Shown here: positions 37,054 through 47,919 of the stretch, piece by piece
Layout: each line of letters begins with the position of its first letter
Position numbering within the stretch: the stretch's first letter is position 1
Assembly: GCA_043228905.1 (NCBI GenBank)
Contig: JBHGNT010000003.1
Span: 16,926,001 to 16,990,000, forward strand
Length of the DNA stretch: 64,000 bases
Source: Azolla caroliniana
Lineage: Eukaryota > Plantae > Polypodiophyta
Direction: 5' to 3'
Made by a program: the position numbers and the translations under genes
The notes under the pieces: model-generated
The model's input: only the letters and a program-made list of their open reading frames with translations
What the model was told of the DNA's origin: nothing
The model's database searches: none

Positions 37054-37608
37054 CGTGGCGGGCGTTGTTGGGGTCGTGAGTTGGGGTGGCTTGGCTCGTC
37101 TTCTTCACCAAGATGTGAAATGCTCTCAAGAATAGCCCTTCTTTCATTATGTCTCAAGTTACATTTTATAGACTCTCTCTTAGCGTGGAGGGTGTTCTCC
37201 CGCTCCAATTAGCTCTACTAATTATGGGGCTTGGTGGGGGCCTAGTTTGGGTGTGGTGCATGAGGCTTGGTAGGGGCCTAATTTGGGTGTGGTCTATGTG
37301 TGGTGCATGGGGCTTGGTAGGGGCCTAATCTAGGTGTGGTCCATGTGACCACCACAATACCAATATCATACATTCTCAAATATACTATGAAAAAGGTTAA
37401 AATCCACCATTTTCGTGATTTAAAAATAAATTTCAAAAAGTTACATTCTCAATTTATATCACACACTTTACAATCAATGTTTTTTTTATAAGAAACGATG
37501 TTCACAGGAATCGAAAGACTTCAAAACACATGCTTTTATATTACTCGATTTGTTACACGCGGAACGTAGTTACACTTAATAGCCAAAAATACATTCATGA
37601 TAACTCCT

Positions 37609-40249
37609 TTACAAAGAATCACTACTATAACTAATATACAATGAGGATTCCTCGTCGTCGTCCTCTGATTGCCTTCGACCCGAGCCACCTAGTAGACCTG
37701 GTAATTTTTCTTTTATTATATCTATTGTTGACTTCCTTAAACATCCAGCTTTTGTAAGCGTGAAGTTGTACACGATGATATCCACATCAGAGATATCAAG
37801 GATCGAGGTGTTACGAATGTTTCACTTCCTCTTCCTACTTCCCCTTGTCGTCGGGTATTCAATCATCTCCAATGTATACTTACCCGTAAAAACATTTTTA
37901 CTTCTAGTGTTGTACCAATGCACTTTTCTAGACTTGATCATGTTTTCTATTTCATGCATTAGCACTTCTAGAATTTTTCCAATCCAAAATTGGTGGCCTT
38001 GTGAGTTTGTCATTAGCAGGTATTGCAATCAATATCCCCACTGTGAGCTCTTGCAAATTGCCTTGCCATCTAGCTTCAACTACTTTAGTCATCCTTGGTC
38101 CCACGTAAATGTCTCTTTGTTGTGGATGGACCAAATTGTCATTAATCGCATTAGTTGGTTGTTCTGGAGTTTTATTTACACGATCATGTTGTAGCGACCA
38201 TGTGAATGGCATTTCCAAAGTTCAATTACCACCAGATACACAATTGTCAATAATTCCTTTTTTATCACTAAAAAAAACATCCCACCATGATGTGTCTTGT
38301 TCTACGGCATATTTCTTTGTGGCCTCAATATGCTTCCTTTTTTCTGTTAAGGCCTAGAGCCATAAATGTTTTTGTTCTTCTACCAAGTCAATATGCAACT
38401 GTCCTTTCTTCTCAATTGGCATTTGTTTAGCTCCATAGACTATTGTACTAGGCATACAAAGTAAGAACTGGCAACCGCCTTTAGGTTCCCATTTTGTAGA
38501 AGATGAATATTGTTTGGCATACAAAAGCGTAGAACCACTTATTTCATTTTTCTTTATCATAAAAATGTGATTGAAGCTTATATTGTTTAAGTGGGCGAGC
38601 ACTTTAACATTCCCAACACCCCCATCTGATATATATCTCTTAAAGTCATATACTTCCTTCTAGTGTAACACTTTTGGGCATGGTGTATATGCATCACAAA
38701 TGACATCAAATAGTTTTGGTAATGTGAAAGCATCATGCCACCACAACTATCTAGAGAATGTGCTAAACATCTTATCTATATGATCATGTGTGTGGCCAAC
38801 CAAAAGAAAATTGACTTTCACTTTTCTAAATAATCCTTGGTTGACCAACATACTTAGATAGCCAAAGATAGTTGAATTTTTGTTCTCTCTAACAGTATTG
38901 TCCAATTGAATATAGAGAATAGGGGGGAACGGTTGGCCCCAAGACATCAAAACTCGGTGAATCACTTTAACTGTTAGGTTAGGGTCATTGTGAACATTGG
39001 GGTATGTAATGAAGACATGAGGTCCAACTGACCTATTATAAGCCAAGCATCCCACCAAGTGCATTTGAACAAGGCACTCATCATTGATGTCTTTGGGGAG
39101 CGTCTGCATATGCGGTAAGCACATCTTCTTCTTGTCCATGCCATCGATCATTAAGCACATGTATTGTTCAGGCCTCTTCAAACACTTCTCTATATGATGC
39201 ATCGCCTTCTTTCGTTCTAACAATTGTACCTCATGATGCTCATGTAGTAACTTCTTACTCATATCCTTTTCCATTGTTGTCTTCACACCTTTAACCAAAC
39301 TTTTAAGGTTCGCACAACTCAAGCAATACCCCATGCGTACTTTACGCGGAATAATAACATTTGAAAACAATGTTCTCCACAATCTTGTGAATTGGTTGTA
39401 TGTGACATATTTGGCACTTGATAATAGCATTTATGATCGATTGACATCATAAACTTCCTGACGTGTGTAATTATCAGAGAGGTGCATCTTGCCTATGGTG
39501 GGCATTACTTCACAATTTAACTGAAAGTAAATTTTCATCCAACCAATAGCATGTCTTCCAATTGCACCTTTCATACTTGGAACCTCTTTACAATTGACAA
39601 TCTGATCCCCACTAAGAAGACGTTGGTGTACTCTATGTAGCCGCATGTTACTAACACATAGCGCAATTTTGAATGCAACTCTACATATTTGTTGCACAAG
39701 GAAGATATAATACTTGAATGATACTTTGATCCCCGAAGACTTGTCAAACACCAATTGCATATGTGAGAAGAGGTAAGTGTCTTGCTCATCACCAGTCATC
39801 GAAAAATAGTAATGCCTTAATTCCCGCAACTTTGCTTTTCCAATCATTGACATACAGCCACGAGTACAACATGTTTTATTGACATCAAATCCAAGTTGCT
39901 TATCTGATGTCACCAAGTTAAATCTGGCCAAACGAATTCTACGTGGGATTCTTCTAATATGCATAGGGCTTCCCAATTTCTTTTCTTGAGTAGAAATAGG
40001 GGTAACCACATTGGAGTCAATTACGTTGTTGTTAGGTTGAACGCCCATGATCTTCGATGTTTCATTGGCATTACCATCATTGCTTGTATCTTTATTGACA
40101 TCGTATTCTTCGATAGAGAACTCTTCACATGAGTCGTTATTCACATGAGGTTTAGGAGAAGATGAGCTCAAACAATATTCTTTGACAAAAAATGATGTAT
40201 CTGTCGACAGACAATACTCTTCAACCGAAAACGTTGAGTTTTCACTCAT
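37609..40249 (-). pseudogene. Sola-like (DUF7869-type) DDE transposase with in-frame stops and at least one frameshift
   Basis: Consecutive in-frame ORFs: KTCCTRGC, ICRVAFKIALCVS, CLSC, LMIDGMDK, LYIQLDNTVRENKN, FLLVGHTHDHIDKMFS; C-terminal FWIGKILEV...VHWY segment. Confidence 0.8.
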
Positions 40250-41093
40250 GGTGTAAGATCCAAACTGAGCTCTCAAAATTATGTGCTTAAGCTAATATAA
40301 GAGATTGAAACAAATGATAAGTGCCTCTATATACATAAAGCTCCCTCAATCTAATGTCTATAATATTTATTATTATATAAAATAAACAAATAATACAATA
40401 AAAAAGATATTGTTATTATATAAAATATATTTTATTAATTATATTAATAAATCTATACACTTGTCATTATAATGGACATAAAATTTATTTTATACCTTAT
40501 TAATCATATAGTCTAAATTTTAATTTTAATTTATTGTATACAAATAGTATATTATTACAAATAGTTCAATAATGAAGATCACAATCATTTAAAAGTGACA
40601 TTCCCCACATGTAAATTAACTTGTTATTCCCATAATGTATATTAAATAAAATATATATAGTCTTTATATACATATAGTATATATTCACAATCATTAGAGA
40701 GTCATAAATATGTTTGTTTTCCAATCTTCAATCATTGGTTCATTCATAGATCATAATCATTTGGAAGTGCTAAACCCCATATGGGAGATATATTAATTTA
40801 TTCCTTTATTTATTTCACTTTAATCATAAGTTCATAATCATTTCGTGCTAATCCCCTATATCGTGACTTTGTACTAACCAAGCTACACTAACGACTAGCT
40901 AACGTAGGGGAACTAACTTGCATGTAACCCAACTTTGGTAGACTAACTATAGTTACTTTAACCACGGTTTTAAAGCCCTATAAATAGGAGGACCTTGTCA
41001 TTTACGAGATCTCACACGTGCAATCGAGCACACAGAGCATCACCAACGCAAGAGCACACGACCATCTCCCTGTCACCATCAAGCACGAAAATC

Positions 41094-42990
41094 ATGTCTT
41101 CAAAGAAGATTGAGCACACGGAGTCCAGGTATGCAACTAATTGTACGGACACTTCATGTTTTGTATCTTTTCCAACCATGTCCAAACATACATAGGTCTT
41201 GATTCAAACACAAACTCGATACGACGTATTGAGTTCCTGTAAGGTAAACCCCCAGCTTGAATTAAAATCAAAATCGGCGAAGAAAATCGACCTCACAATT
41301 GAAGAAGTGATCAACGACATGAAGTTGTCTCTCTGGAGAGCAATGCAAGGCATTAAGGATGAGCAACTTTTGGTGTCTATGTTGTCAAGGGTTGTGGCCA
41401 AAGAATTGAGCCTCGAAGACATGGTCACTGAGTTCAACAAGTAAGTCTTCTCAAATAGTTAAATGAAACAAATATGGGTTTCTATAAAGTTCTAATCTCT
41501 ATTTGTGATTTCACAGTCATAAGGTGTATATGAAGATCCAAGAAGTTATGATGAAACAACATGGATGTATAACATGGGAACAAGTGACTGAGGAATACCC
41601 TATGACATATTCATATAAGGCGTTATCTGAGTATTTTATTGCATTCAAGGATTGGGTTAGTATTGGTCTTTATAATAAAGTTTTCTTAATTGTAGATGTT
41701 GTGTATTAATACTCGATGCCTTATTGTCTCTATTAGAAACCGTGTCGTGGTAAGAAACCATGAGAAGTCAAGGATATACACCACTTCCCAACATCCCTCC
41801 TTGCACATCTTGAGAGAGCCAGAAAAGCAAAGGAACGTAGCTTAGTCATGGCATACGAAATGAAAGAAGATGGCTCTTTCAAAAAAATTAGCCACAAGAA
41901 AGACATTACGAAAGATCTCTACTATAATGTGAATTGTGGTAGATGTCGTTGAGATGATCCAGAAAGTGCCAAAGAAAGAATATACACTACTAATTGCAAA
42001 TATTCCTTATGGATTTCGAATGGATGGAACATCATACAATGATGAACCTTTTAGGTTCAAACAATTAGAAAAAATGGTTAAGGATTTTGCTAAGCTGACG
42101 ATTGTATCCTTGTGGAGGATAGTCGTGTTTCATAGTATGGACCAAGGGTACTCGGTAGCTCAAGCATTGGGAACTCGTTGCCATGGCATCAAGAATCTTG
42201 CTTAGTAAGGATTATTTATAAGTCTCATTCACCATACCTTCGTTCCTAATTTATTGAATCTATTCTTAACTCTACCAATATTTGTTATAGGATAAAAACC
42301 AACGTCAATAGAGGACCAACCTTTCGGTTCGTGAATGCCATTGAGAACATTACGGTTGGCTACTTTGATGAAATAAAGAAACAAAGAATCAAGGAGCATT
42401 CTAATGAAGTCGAAGGTTCAAACCTGCTGGTATATCCAACAGTAACCCGGAAATTGCGACATGTCACCACGACAGAACGAGGACTTGTCAACCCATACCA
42501 AAAACCTCAACGACTTATGATACGTTTGATCAAAATGTTCTCGATAGAAGGAGATTGGATATTAGACCTATTTTTTGGCACAGGTATTCCTCGAAGTGGG
42601 TTTACGTTATTAAGATAATCAATACTGATTCTTATGGTTCGATAACTAAGTCTTCTTGCCCCTTTCTTTACAAGGACAATGTCAGCATGCGCATTGAAGC
42701 TAGACTTCAGAAACACTGTAGCATTGGAGAAGGACGAGGAGAAGGTTATATTTATAAATATGAGGATTAAGGCCTTGTGGGAATGCCTAGACCAGGACAA
42801 TGAGATCGGTGCAAAGCACATCGCTGATACAAAAAGGTTTCAACCGGCTTCACGAGAGCTTATTCCTTTGTTAGCTAGGGAATCGGGGGAGCTAATTGAG
42901 CTTGATGACGACCTTATAGAATATCTTACGGTTGCTCAGCTAACAGGGAAAGACAATGCATAGATAGCTAAAGAGACTTCTCTAATGGAT
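41094..42990 (+). pseudogene. Intron-containing beta-class N6-adenine/N4-cytosine DNA methyltransferase-like gene (about 6 exons), decayed
   Basis: VVDVVEMIQKVPKKEYTLLIANIPYG (motif IV, DPPY-like, ~41999), VNPYQKPQRLMIRLIKMFSIEGDWILDLFFGTG|TMSACALKLDFRNTVALEKD (motifs X, I, II); GT-AG-like introns near 41129-41195, 41441-41516, 41656-41736, 42205-42290 and 42584-42673; TATAAATA near 40979. Confidence 0.78.
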
Positions 42991-44294
42991 GAAGAGGATA
43001 ATGACATTGATGATTTGATTACTATGTAATAGAATGTTTTGTTGATGAAGTGTAAACTTATGAATTGCAAGCTCTAATACAAATTTTGGGTTCTTCCATT
43101 GGTGTACTCCATTGTTTACATTGTTCTATATGTTTCAATTATATTCCTATATACTTGGTTTGTTGACTTATGACATCGGTTTCATCGCATCTATTGTTGA
43201 CTCTAATAAGGAGAAACATGAATTAGTTAACCTTAAGGCTGATTTTAGTCAAACTTTACCTAAACATATTATCCCTGTTGAATGGTCGTCAAGATTGTCC
43301 ATGTCGTTATTTGAGATCGGTTGTCGAGACTGTCGAATTGTGTCTAATATATAACTATCCATATATTATGGATCTTTGTCTTCTATTGCTGCTTAGAATG
43401 TGTAGTGTGTTCTTAATTATCAAACTATTAGGTTTGTTTGTCTTCCATTGCTGCTTTCATTGTGTAGTGTGTTGATAATGGTCTATGCCACACTACACCT
43501 CTCATCAATATCCACATGTTTCACACGCTTGTAGTCCCACTAGTGTTATCCTTCAGAGTTCGATCCCATGCAAATCACCTAAGGATTAGATTAGATCAAC
43601 TTTAAACACAAGTATTGAAAGCCTTAATAAGTTTGTTATTTCAATAACATTATCCTAAGGTTCACTATCTTACATTGTCCACAATTATATACATACGAGT
43701 ATTATGGGTCAAACTATAAATTATAACTCATTTTATTAGCATGGATACAATTACACCTCATATTTTTGCAAAACTTACCAAACAAATATAAGTCTTCATC
43801 TGAGTGTTTGCCATGTCGCACAAAACTGTGATATTGAGCCATTGTTGAACTTTATTATAATGGCATTAACATATCAACACATCCAAAGTTAAGTGAATTT
43901 CACATGTTCTCCACTCGAAGACCTATCATGTTTTATTAATTTTGCAAATTCTAATCAAGTTGTGGAATATGTGATACTAGTGCATCCAATTTTTGTAGAG
44001 AGGGTATATTTGGATATTTACAAAAGGAATCTACATGTGGAATGCGCAAGCCTTCCACTTGTGAACGCGAACGCGTTCTTCATTATTGTTACATTTTATG
44101 AATGATCTTAAGGTCTTATTGTCATCAAAGTACATACACAAAGCCAACACTTATTAATATGAATATTCTAGAGTAAAAACATACAATCTAGAAGGAAAAT
44201 AAACAAGGTAATAACAAGTTCACATAATTATATGAGAAAATGGATTGAGGGTACAAGACCCTAATTCTGAAAAATGTTCACTCACCCCGCAATA

Positions 44295-44710
44295 GAGAGT
44301 AGTGAGTGATGAGTAATGAACAACTCCCAATGAGCGGCAAGTAATGAGCGGTGAGCGGCGAGTAACGAATGATGAGCGGCAAGTGACGAGTGGCACGCAG
44401 TGAGCGACAATCAGCAAGTGACGAGCGACAATCAACTAGCAATGAGCGGCAATCAACGAGCGGCAATTAGTGAGTGACGAGCAGCAATCAGTGAGGAAGA
44501 AGCAATGATCAATGAGCGACGATCAAGAGTAATAAGTAGCAAGTAGTGGGTAGTGAGCAGTGAACTGTGAATATTGAGGAGCGTTAGCGAGTAATGAGCA
44601 ACGAATAACAAGCAGTTGTTAGCAAACACTAAGGAAGGAGGAATGAGCAACGAGCAACGAGGAGGGAGCAATGAGCAGCAAGTCGCGAGTCACGAGCAAG
44701 AAATCTGACG
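44295..44710. repeat. Degenerate ~7-bp-unit tandem repeat in the hAT subterminal region
   Basis: Runs of GAGC(G/A)(G/A)C, AA(G/T)TGA(C/T) and GAGTAAT-like heptamers. Confidence 0.65.
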
Positions 44711-47318
44711 ACAAAGAGTAAAAAAACAAAAAGAGGGGGAAAGTAAAACACAAAAAGGGGGTGAAAAGGGGAAAGAGTAAGACTAAAGAAGAATACATAC
44801 AAAAAAAAAATTACCTTTGTTTTTTACATAAACTATATAAATAGACGGTTGAACCGGCTAGATTCCGGTTCGTAAGAAAACTTGGCCGGCAAAAGTCCCA
44901 ACCCAACCGGAACGTTGACACTGTTCATGGGACTTTGCCTAACATTGGTCTTGACTACCCTTGTCAAATTAAAGTATTATTGTTGTATTCAATGTAGAGT
45001 ACATCTTATGACCCACACACTCTCATCATGACAAGTAATGGGAAGGTATAATTATATTAACCATGCCCCCCTTGGATATATAGTGTTGATTCATGTTGAT
45101 TATAGTGGATTTACTTTTAGTATTATTTGTAGTCTCATGATAATCTTGCCCCAACTCGCTTCATCTAAATTTTTATATCTTTCTTTCTCTTTTCTCAAAT
45201 GGATGTAACACACAAATCTATCTACTTTGTGTTGCATGAAAACAATCTATTTAGTTCTCTAAAAGTTTGCAATTTAATGCACAATCTCTTCAATATGAAA
45301 TGAGCATTGTAGCACCCATTAGGAGACTCATAGATTTTATAAGTTCAAGGGTAAGAGTAGATCATGTTGTAGTGTCACACTGTGTTTTTCAACTTCTCAT
45401 CACATTCGTATTAGCTCTGTCCACATTGTCAAACTTGACTTATCCTTACACATATTTTTCTTTTAATCACAATGTCTACTCTCAATTGTAATGCTCATTA
45501 ATAACATTCTTGAACATCAGTGGATCATTTATCAACTCTAGACACAATATGTGAAAACGATTCCCTTTGATCCCACATGTCATACTGGCAAGGTTGTCCT
45601 AAAATAACACATTCCCACATACCCATACTTTAATCCCAAGGACAATATATACTATCTTGCATGAAATAACGATTATGTGATACTATCTTCCTTTTCTTTA
45701 AGGCATTTATCCTCAATTGGAAGTATAGTACATTGACAATTCACAAAGCATCCATATTTTATTATTCAACATTGAAAAAGAAAAAGTTGCATCACGACAT
45801 GGAAATAATCCAATATCAAATTCTTAGATGACCACATCAAAAACTATAGAACAATTATAAATCAAGGGTTGTGCCCTCATCCCATCATATAACCCCATTC
45901 GAAGTATCGTCACAAGTCTTTTGTACATCTAGTGTAGGATTTAACAAGTATAAAGCAACATCTAAGCATATGTTGAGTGAGTATAAATCAAAGAACTACA
46001 TCGAAACCTGCTTTCTTATTCTACAACGTCTCACTTGGTTGGTTAAAAACGAACTTTTTGTAATCAAAATATAACCATTCACGTCCTAACATGTTGGCGA
46101 ATATATTATCTAGAAGGTCATCTCCTATTTAAAAAACAAAAAATGTGTGGAAAGTAATAAGGATTTATTAAATAAGTGATCAAGGTAATCTACAAGGATA
46201 TGATCCAATTGTAAAAAAAACTTATGAGTTCATCATATGATAATGCAAACTATCATTTCATGTGAGCTTATCATTTGGAAGAAATTTATTGAAATAGAAT
46301 AGTTTAATTGGGTGTTTCTAAAATATAATTAGTTTTGTTGGATAAAATGTGTAATTTGACATATTGCTCTTTTAGGAGATAGCATGCTCTATCCTCCTTG
46401 AAAGACAAGAAATGGAACTTCAAGTCCACGGGGGTTTATGAACTATGATTCCCTTGACAATGTTGTATTCCTTTGGTAAATCAAATAATAAATACATGTA
46501 TACCTTTCAAAGAGTAATATATGAAAGCTAGGATATTCCTTTGGTAAAACAAATAATAAATACATATATACCATTCAAAGAGTAATACATATATATCCAG
46601 GGCCACTCATAAATATGTCATCGTACTTAACACACGAGTTTAACATGTTACGATAACAACCTCAATCGAACGCCTTGTGTGTGAACACACTTGTTGAAGC
46701 ACATGAAACTAAAACCCACTATTGATTGGTCATTTGCATCTAATGACGTGAATCTTCTACATATCCCACTCACTCTCCAATCATCACTAAATTTATTATG
46801 ACTACTCATACATATGTCTAGACTCTAGACTCCATCTTTACACATCACTTATAAGTTATATATAGTTAAAGGACACAATATAAAGAAGCCATGAAGAGGG
46901 TCTATTAGTATGCCTTGAATAGGTTTCCCTTTAGTATGCCTTGAATTGAACACATATAATGATTCCCTCGAGAAACAACAATATCAATGTGAATTAAACG
47001 TGTTGTAATATTTCTTGCAAATTTACTTTCCATGTAGACATCTTAATGGTATGCTAGATTATATTACATCTTGAGACACTCCATTAAACTTTAGTTACTC
47101 ATCAAAAGTGACAACCTATTTAGATACATGGTGTGTTACCACTCATGATTCTATAAACAATGGCAAGGCGGTGACATTGATGGAAGGAAACATGTATGGA
47201 TTTTATGCATACAACGATCCCAAGAAAGAAGGATTGTGGGGGTTTCAAACATTTATAACATGAAAGATAAGTTAGTCGAAATTGTTTGTGTAAAGACATC
47301 ATGTGAAATTTGGGTTTT

Positions 47319-47919
47319 CTAGAATACCCTTTAAGGTTTTCAATGTTAACAAGAGAAGAGGAAGATCCACAAATTCTATGTTTATCATTGTTAAATTACA
47401 ATAAATGAAAGTGGCTAGGAATAAAGTTATTTTTTTCATAATCAACGAGTGAATATAGGTCAAGTTTTGTATGACGAACATCCAATCTCATTACCATGAT
47501 GACGTTTATAATGAGTTTAATAGCCAATGGACTAAAGTGATAACAATGCTAAATTTTGTGAAATGATCACTCTACAAGGCAATTCACCATTATCTTAAGC
47601 AAGTTTTATTTAACGGAAAACTCTAGAATACCTTGAGCATTTTTATGTTTACTAGAATACCCTTTAAGGTTTTCAAAGTTAACAAGATAAGAGGAAGATC
47701 CACAAATTCCATGTTTATCATTGTTAAATTACAATAAATGAAAGTGGCTAGGAATAAAGTTATTTTTTTCATAATCAATGAATGAATATAGGTCAAGTTT
47801 TGTATGAAGAACCTCCAATCCCATTACCATGATGGCTTTTATAATGAGTTTAATAGCCTATGGACTAAAGTGATAACAATGCTAAATTTTGTGAAATGAT
47901 CACTCTACAAGGCAATTCA
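47319..47919. repeat. Direct duplication of ~268 bp (47319-47586 and 47652-47919)
   Basis: Both copies run CTAGAATACCCTTTAAGG...CTCTACAAGGCAATTCA with scattered differences. Confidence 0.9.

Larger units (their letters stand above)
27814..37356. mobile_element. Rearranged Ty3/Gypsy (no chromodomain): U3 stub - pol(+) - PPT - LTR(+) - inverted gag - inverted LTR; 4-bp TSD ATAC
   Basis: 51-bp LTR start at 27814-27864; 243-bp LTRs at 35813-36055 (+) and 37114-37356 (-); ATAC at 27810-27813 and 37357-37360. Confidence 0.9.
27707..44077. mobile_element. Sola-like TIR DNA transposon (~6.8 kb native) carrying a transposase and a DNA amino-methyltransferase-like gene
   Basis: 36-bp TIRs at 27707-27742 and 44042-44077 (33/36 identical); perfect 4-bp TSD CTTC at 27703-27706 and 44078-44081; internal DDE-type transposase. 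Confidence 0.88.
10605..44947 (-). mobile_element. hAT DNA transposon (~4.5 kb native) expanded to 34 kb by nested insertions
   Basis: TIRs CAATGTTGGGCAAAGTC (10605-10621) and GACTTTGCCTAACATTG (44931-44947), 16/17 match; flanking 8-mers GTCTTAAA and GTCTTGAC (6/8, decayed 8-bp TSD); ACCGG subterminal motifs at both ends; internal hAT transposase. Confidence 0.8.

Noticed and set aside
41094-42990. Bacterial contamination or a restriction-modification operon
   Set aside because: The gene has spliceosomal-type introns, no cognate nuclease, and lies within TIRs nested in plant TEs.
47319-47919. TRIM (mini LTR element)
   Set aside because: The repeats lack TG...CA ends, PBS, PPT and TSD.
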